DNA of 63,959 nucleotides, counting the filler. It is 6 parts of 6 records of this genome, joined end to end, with 100 filler letters (N's around TTAATTAATTAA, not from the genome) between each part and the next. Parts side by side here need not be neighbours in the genome. Positions count along the whole stretch, not along the records: positions 58,575 to 63,959 come from SRR31156797_13209; 5 more parts are not named here. The stretch is one strand, 5' to 3'. This document shows, piece by piece, positions 61,842 through 63,959 of this stretch. The position numbers and the translations under genes are program-made. Under the pieces are notes generated by a model, which was not told the origin of the DNA, did no database searches, and was given only the letters and a program-made list of their open reading frames with translations. Numbering within the stretch: position 1 is the stretch's first letter; each line of letters begins with the position of its first letter.

Positions 61842-62723
61842 TCAGGGGTGATAATGGGTGGGACGGGTTCCGAATTTCCGCTTGAATGCGTCACTGAAAC
61901 GGCTGGTACTTTGATAGCCGACGGCATGGGCGATCTCTTTGACGCTCTTTTTTTTCTCTTCAATGTGCAGGCGGGCCTGCTCCATGCGGTGGTCAAAAAG
62001 GCATCCGAATACGGTGTTGCCAAACACTTCTTGAAAGCCTTTTTTCAATTTGAATTCGTTGAGTCCGACCTGGCGGGACAATTCCCCAAGGGAGGGCGGA
62101 TTCAGGTATCGGTTGAGAATAATTTCCCTGGCCTCGTAAATCCGTTCTGTTTCAGATTTGCCGGGCGGCCTTGTGCCGGCACCGGCGGATTTATCAAATA
62201 CCAGGGTTTCAAGCTGCATGGCAACCAGTTCCAGGGCCTTGCTTTCAAGGTAGATCCGCCGGGTGGTTCCGTGAAACGGGCAATCCAGCAATTGGGCCAG
62301 GGCCATTTGCAGGGGCCTGGACAGCATTGTTTTCTTGTAGTAATGTTGGGTGCTTTTCTGGTGCAGCACAGGGTGAAAATCCGGGTCGATCTTTTCCCGG
62401 CCGCCGGTCATCAGTTCATCAAACAGAAAAGGGGCTATGGATATGTGAAGCAGCTGCAGCCGGCTCTGGGCGGGAAACTCACAAACCCCTGAAGAACGGG
62501 GAAAATAAGAGATGCCGCAATCGCCCTGTTCACCGGTAAAGGACAGGCGTTTTCCTGCATCATTGCTGACATGATTTTCTCCCTTACCTGAAAACAAAAA
62601 TCCGAAAGTAACCGGGCTGATGTCACACTCATAGTTAAAGGTGAGTTTATTCTCCACATTGGTGTCCATGATGTGCAGGGACAGTCCCGGTTTGAGTTCA
62701 ATTTCCCGTATCATGATCGACAT
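61842..62723 (-). CDS. AraC-family regulator (PchR/YbtA-like)
   Basis: YLESKALEL, PPSLGELSRQVGLNEFKLKKGF..VFGNTVFG, VGYQSTSRFSDAFKRKFG. Confidence 0.92.
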   Translation of the reverse strand: MSIMIREIELKPGLSLHIMDTNVENKLTFNYECDISPVTFGFLFSGKGENHVSNDAGKRLSFTGEQGDCGISYFPRSSGVCEFPAQSRLQLLHISIAPFLFDELMTGGREKIDPDFHPVLHQKSTQHYYKKTMLSRPLQMALAQLLDCPFHGTTRRIYLESKALELVAMQLETLVFDKSAGAGTRPPGKSETERIYEAREIILNRYLNPPSLGELSRQVGLNEFKLKKGFQEVFGNTVFGCLFDHRMEQARLHIEEKKKSVKEIAHAVGYQSTSRFSDAFKRKFGTRPTHYHP

Positions 62724-62876
62724 GCGTTTATCTTCCCTTTTATGTCTATCTCCAGGTGGTGGAAAGTAAATATGGGATGCCAAATAAAATGTCAATAGGG
62801 AAATGAGGAGTTCCCAGGGAAAGTTATAATTATATGGGCGTCTCCTTTATATCATTTATATCACGTCCCCTTTATA

Positions 62877-63740
62877 TCAGGAGAGATACTGGGTGGGACG
62901 CGTGCCGAATTTTCGTTTGAACGCGTCGCTGAAGCGGCTGGTGCTCTGGTACCCGACGGCATGGGCGATCTCTTTGACGCTTTTGTTCCCTTCTTCAATA
63001 TGCTGACGGGCATATTCCATGCGGTGGTCGAAAAGGCATCCGAACACGGTGTTGCCAAACACCTTCCGGAACCCTTTTTTCAGTTTGAATTCATTGATGC
63101 CCGCCAGGCGGGAGAGTTCACCAAGGGAGGGGGGAGTCTGGTAGCGGTCGAGAAGGATCTCCCTGGCCTCGTAGATCCGGTCTATTTCAGACCGGTGGGG
63201 TGACGCTGAATTTGCCGGGGGGCAAAAGACCAGGGCATCCAGCTGCAAGGCAACCAGTTCCATGGCCTTGCTTTCAAGGTAGATCCGTTGGGTGGCGCCG
63301 TGAAACGGGCAGCCCAGCAATTGGGCCACGGCCATTTGCATGGGGGCGGAGATCGTTGTATTTTGGTAGAAATGGCTGCTTTTCCGGTTCAGCACCGGGT
63401 GAAACTCCGGGGCTATCTTTTCCCGGCCGCCGGTGAGCAGTTCATCCAGGAGAAAATGATCGACCAGGATGTGAACCAGCTGCAGCCGTTTCTGGGAGGG
63501 CAGTTCGCTCACGCAGGAGGTGCGGGGAAAATAGGAGATGCCGCATTCCCCCTGCTCTCCGTTAAAGGGAATTCGTTTGCCTGCATCGGTTTTGACCAGG
63601 GTCTTGCCATTCCCTGAAAAGAAAAAACCGAAAATGACCGGGCTTTTTTCACACCCATGGTGTACGGTGAGGGGGTTTTCAACGCAGGTATCGATGATTT
63701 GAAGAACCATTCCCGGTTTGAGTTCAATTTCCCGTACCAT
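62877..63740 (-). CDS. AraC-family regulator (PchR/YbtA-like), tandem paralog
   Basis: Same motifs as the neighbour, with a near-identical HTH region. Confidence 0.92.
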   Translation of the reverse strand: MVREIELKPGMVLQIIDTCVENPLTVHHGCEKSPVIFGFFFSGNGKTLVKTDAGKRIPFNGEQGECGISYFPRTSCVSELPSQKRLQLVHILVDHFLLDELLTGGREKIAPEFHPVLNRKSSHFYQNTTISAPMQMAVAQLLGCPFHGATQRIYLESKAMELVALQLDALVFCPPANSASPHRSEIDRIYEAREILLDRYQTPPSLGELSRLAGINEFKLKKGFRKVFGNTVFGCLFDHRMEYARQHIEEGNKSVKEIAHAVGYQSTSRFSDAFKRKFGTRPTQYLS

Positions 63741-63959
63741 AGTCGATGCGTGGTTTATCTCCCTTTCTCTTGTCCGTCTTTTTGTTTGAAGGTATTTCGA
63801 AATTAATATGGCATGGCGAAGTTTTTGTCAATAGAAAAACAATGGGCGCCCGTGGCCCCACGGGTTCCCGGTTTGGAAGTGCCGCCCTGGCGGTTCTGGG
63901 TGTTGAATAAAGTTAGTGGTGCAGAATATTGTTTGACTCTTGAAGTGTGGTTTTGCTAT

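Noticed and set aside
59691-62492. Long plus-strand ORFs opposite the TonB receptor and AraC genes
   Set aside because: Shadow ORFs in GC-rich DNA that fully overlap well-supported genes.

Overview
This window is not one locus. It is six unrelated contigs joined by artificial 100-nt spacers (N44-TTAATTAATTAA-N44) at 14529-14628, 22379-22478, 27499-27598, 38469-38568 and 58475-58574. Taxonomic labels below are judged from gene content and base composition only. (1) 1-14528, Desulfovibrionales-like housekeeping DNA: MobA-MoeA fusion, PIN-PhoH, a divergent dnaA followed by an AAA+-less 'mini-DnaA', a DnaA-box cluster, thyX, typA, a PAS histidine kinase and asparaginase. (2) 14629-22378, AT-rich anaerobe: MFS, OYE oxidoreductase, MCP, AraC and a lipoprotein hydrolase. 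(3) 22479-27498, Arcobacter/Campylobacterota-like housekeeping genes. (4) 27599-38468, a defence island: LRR protein, Mrr, and a coupled operon XRE-HTH / RadC / nuclease-m6A MTase fusion / HsdS-like subunit / DGQHR(DndB-like)-NDT-like fusion / Fic. Integron attC-like hairpins bracket these genes. (5) 38569-58474, Bacteroidota DNA: mlaEF, manC, an IS1182 in a terminator, porP-gldKLMN (T9SS/gliding motor), topA, PBP1a, radA, rfaE2 and panD. (6) 58575-63959, Desulfobacterales-like tandem AraC regulators and TonB-dependent receptors, one of them a deletion pseudogene. The best candidates for something new are the RM-embedded DGQHR-NDT effector with its attC-flanked multi-gene defence unit, and the dnaA/mini-DnaA pair. 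All calls come from reading motifs by eye; no database searches were run.
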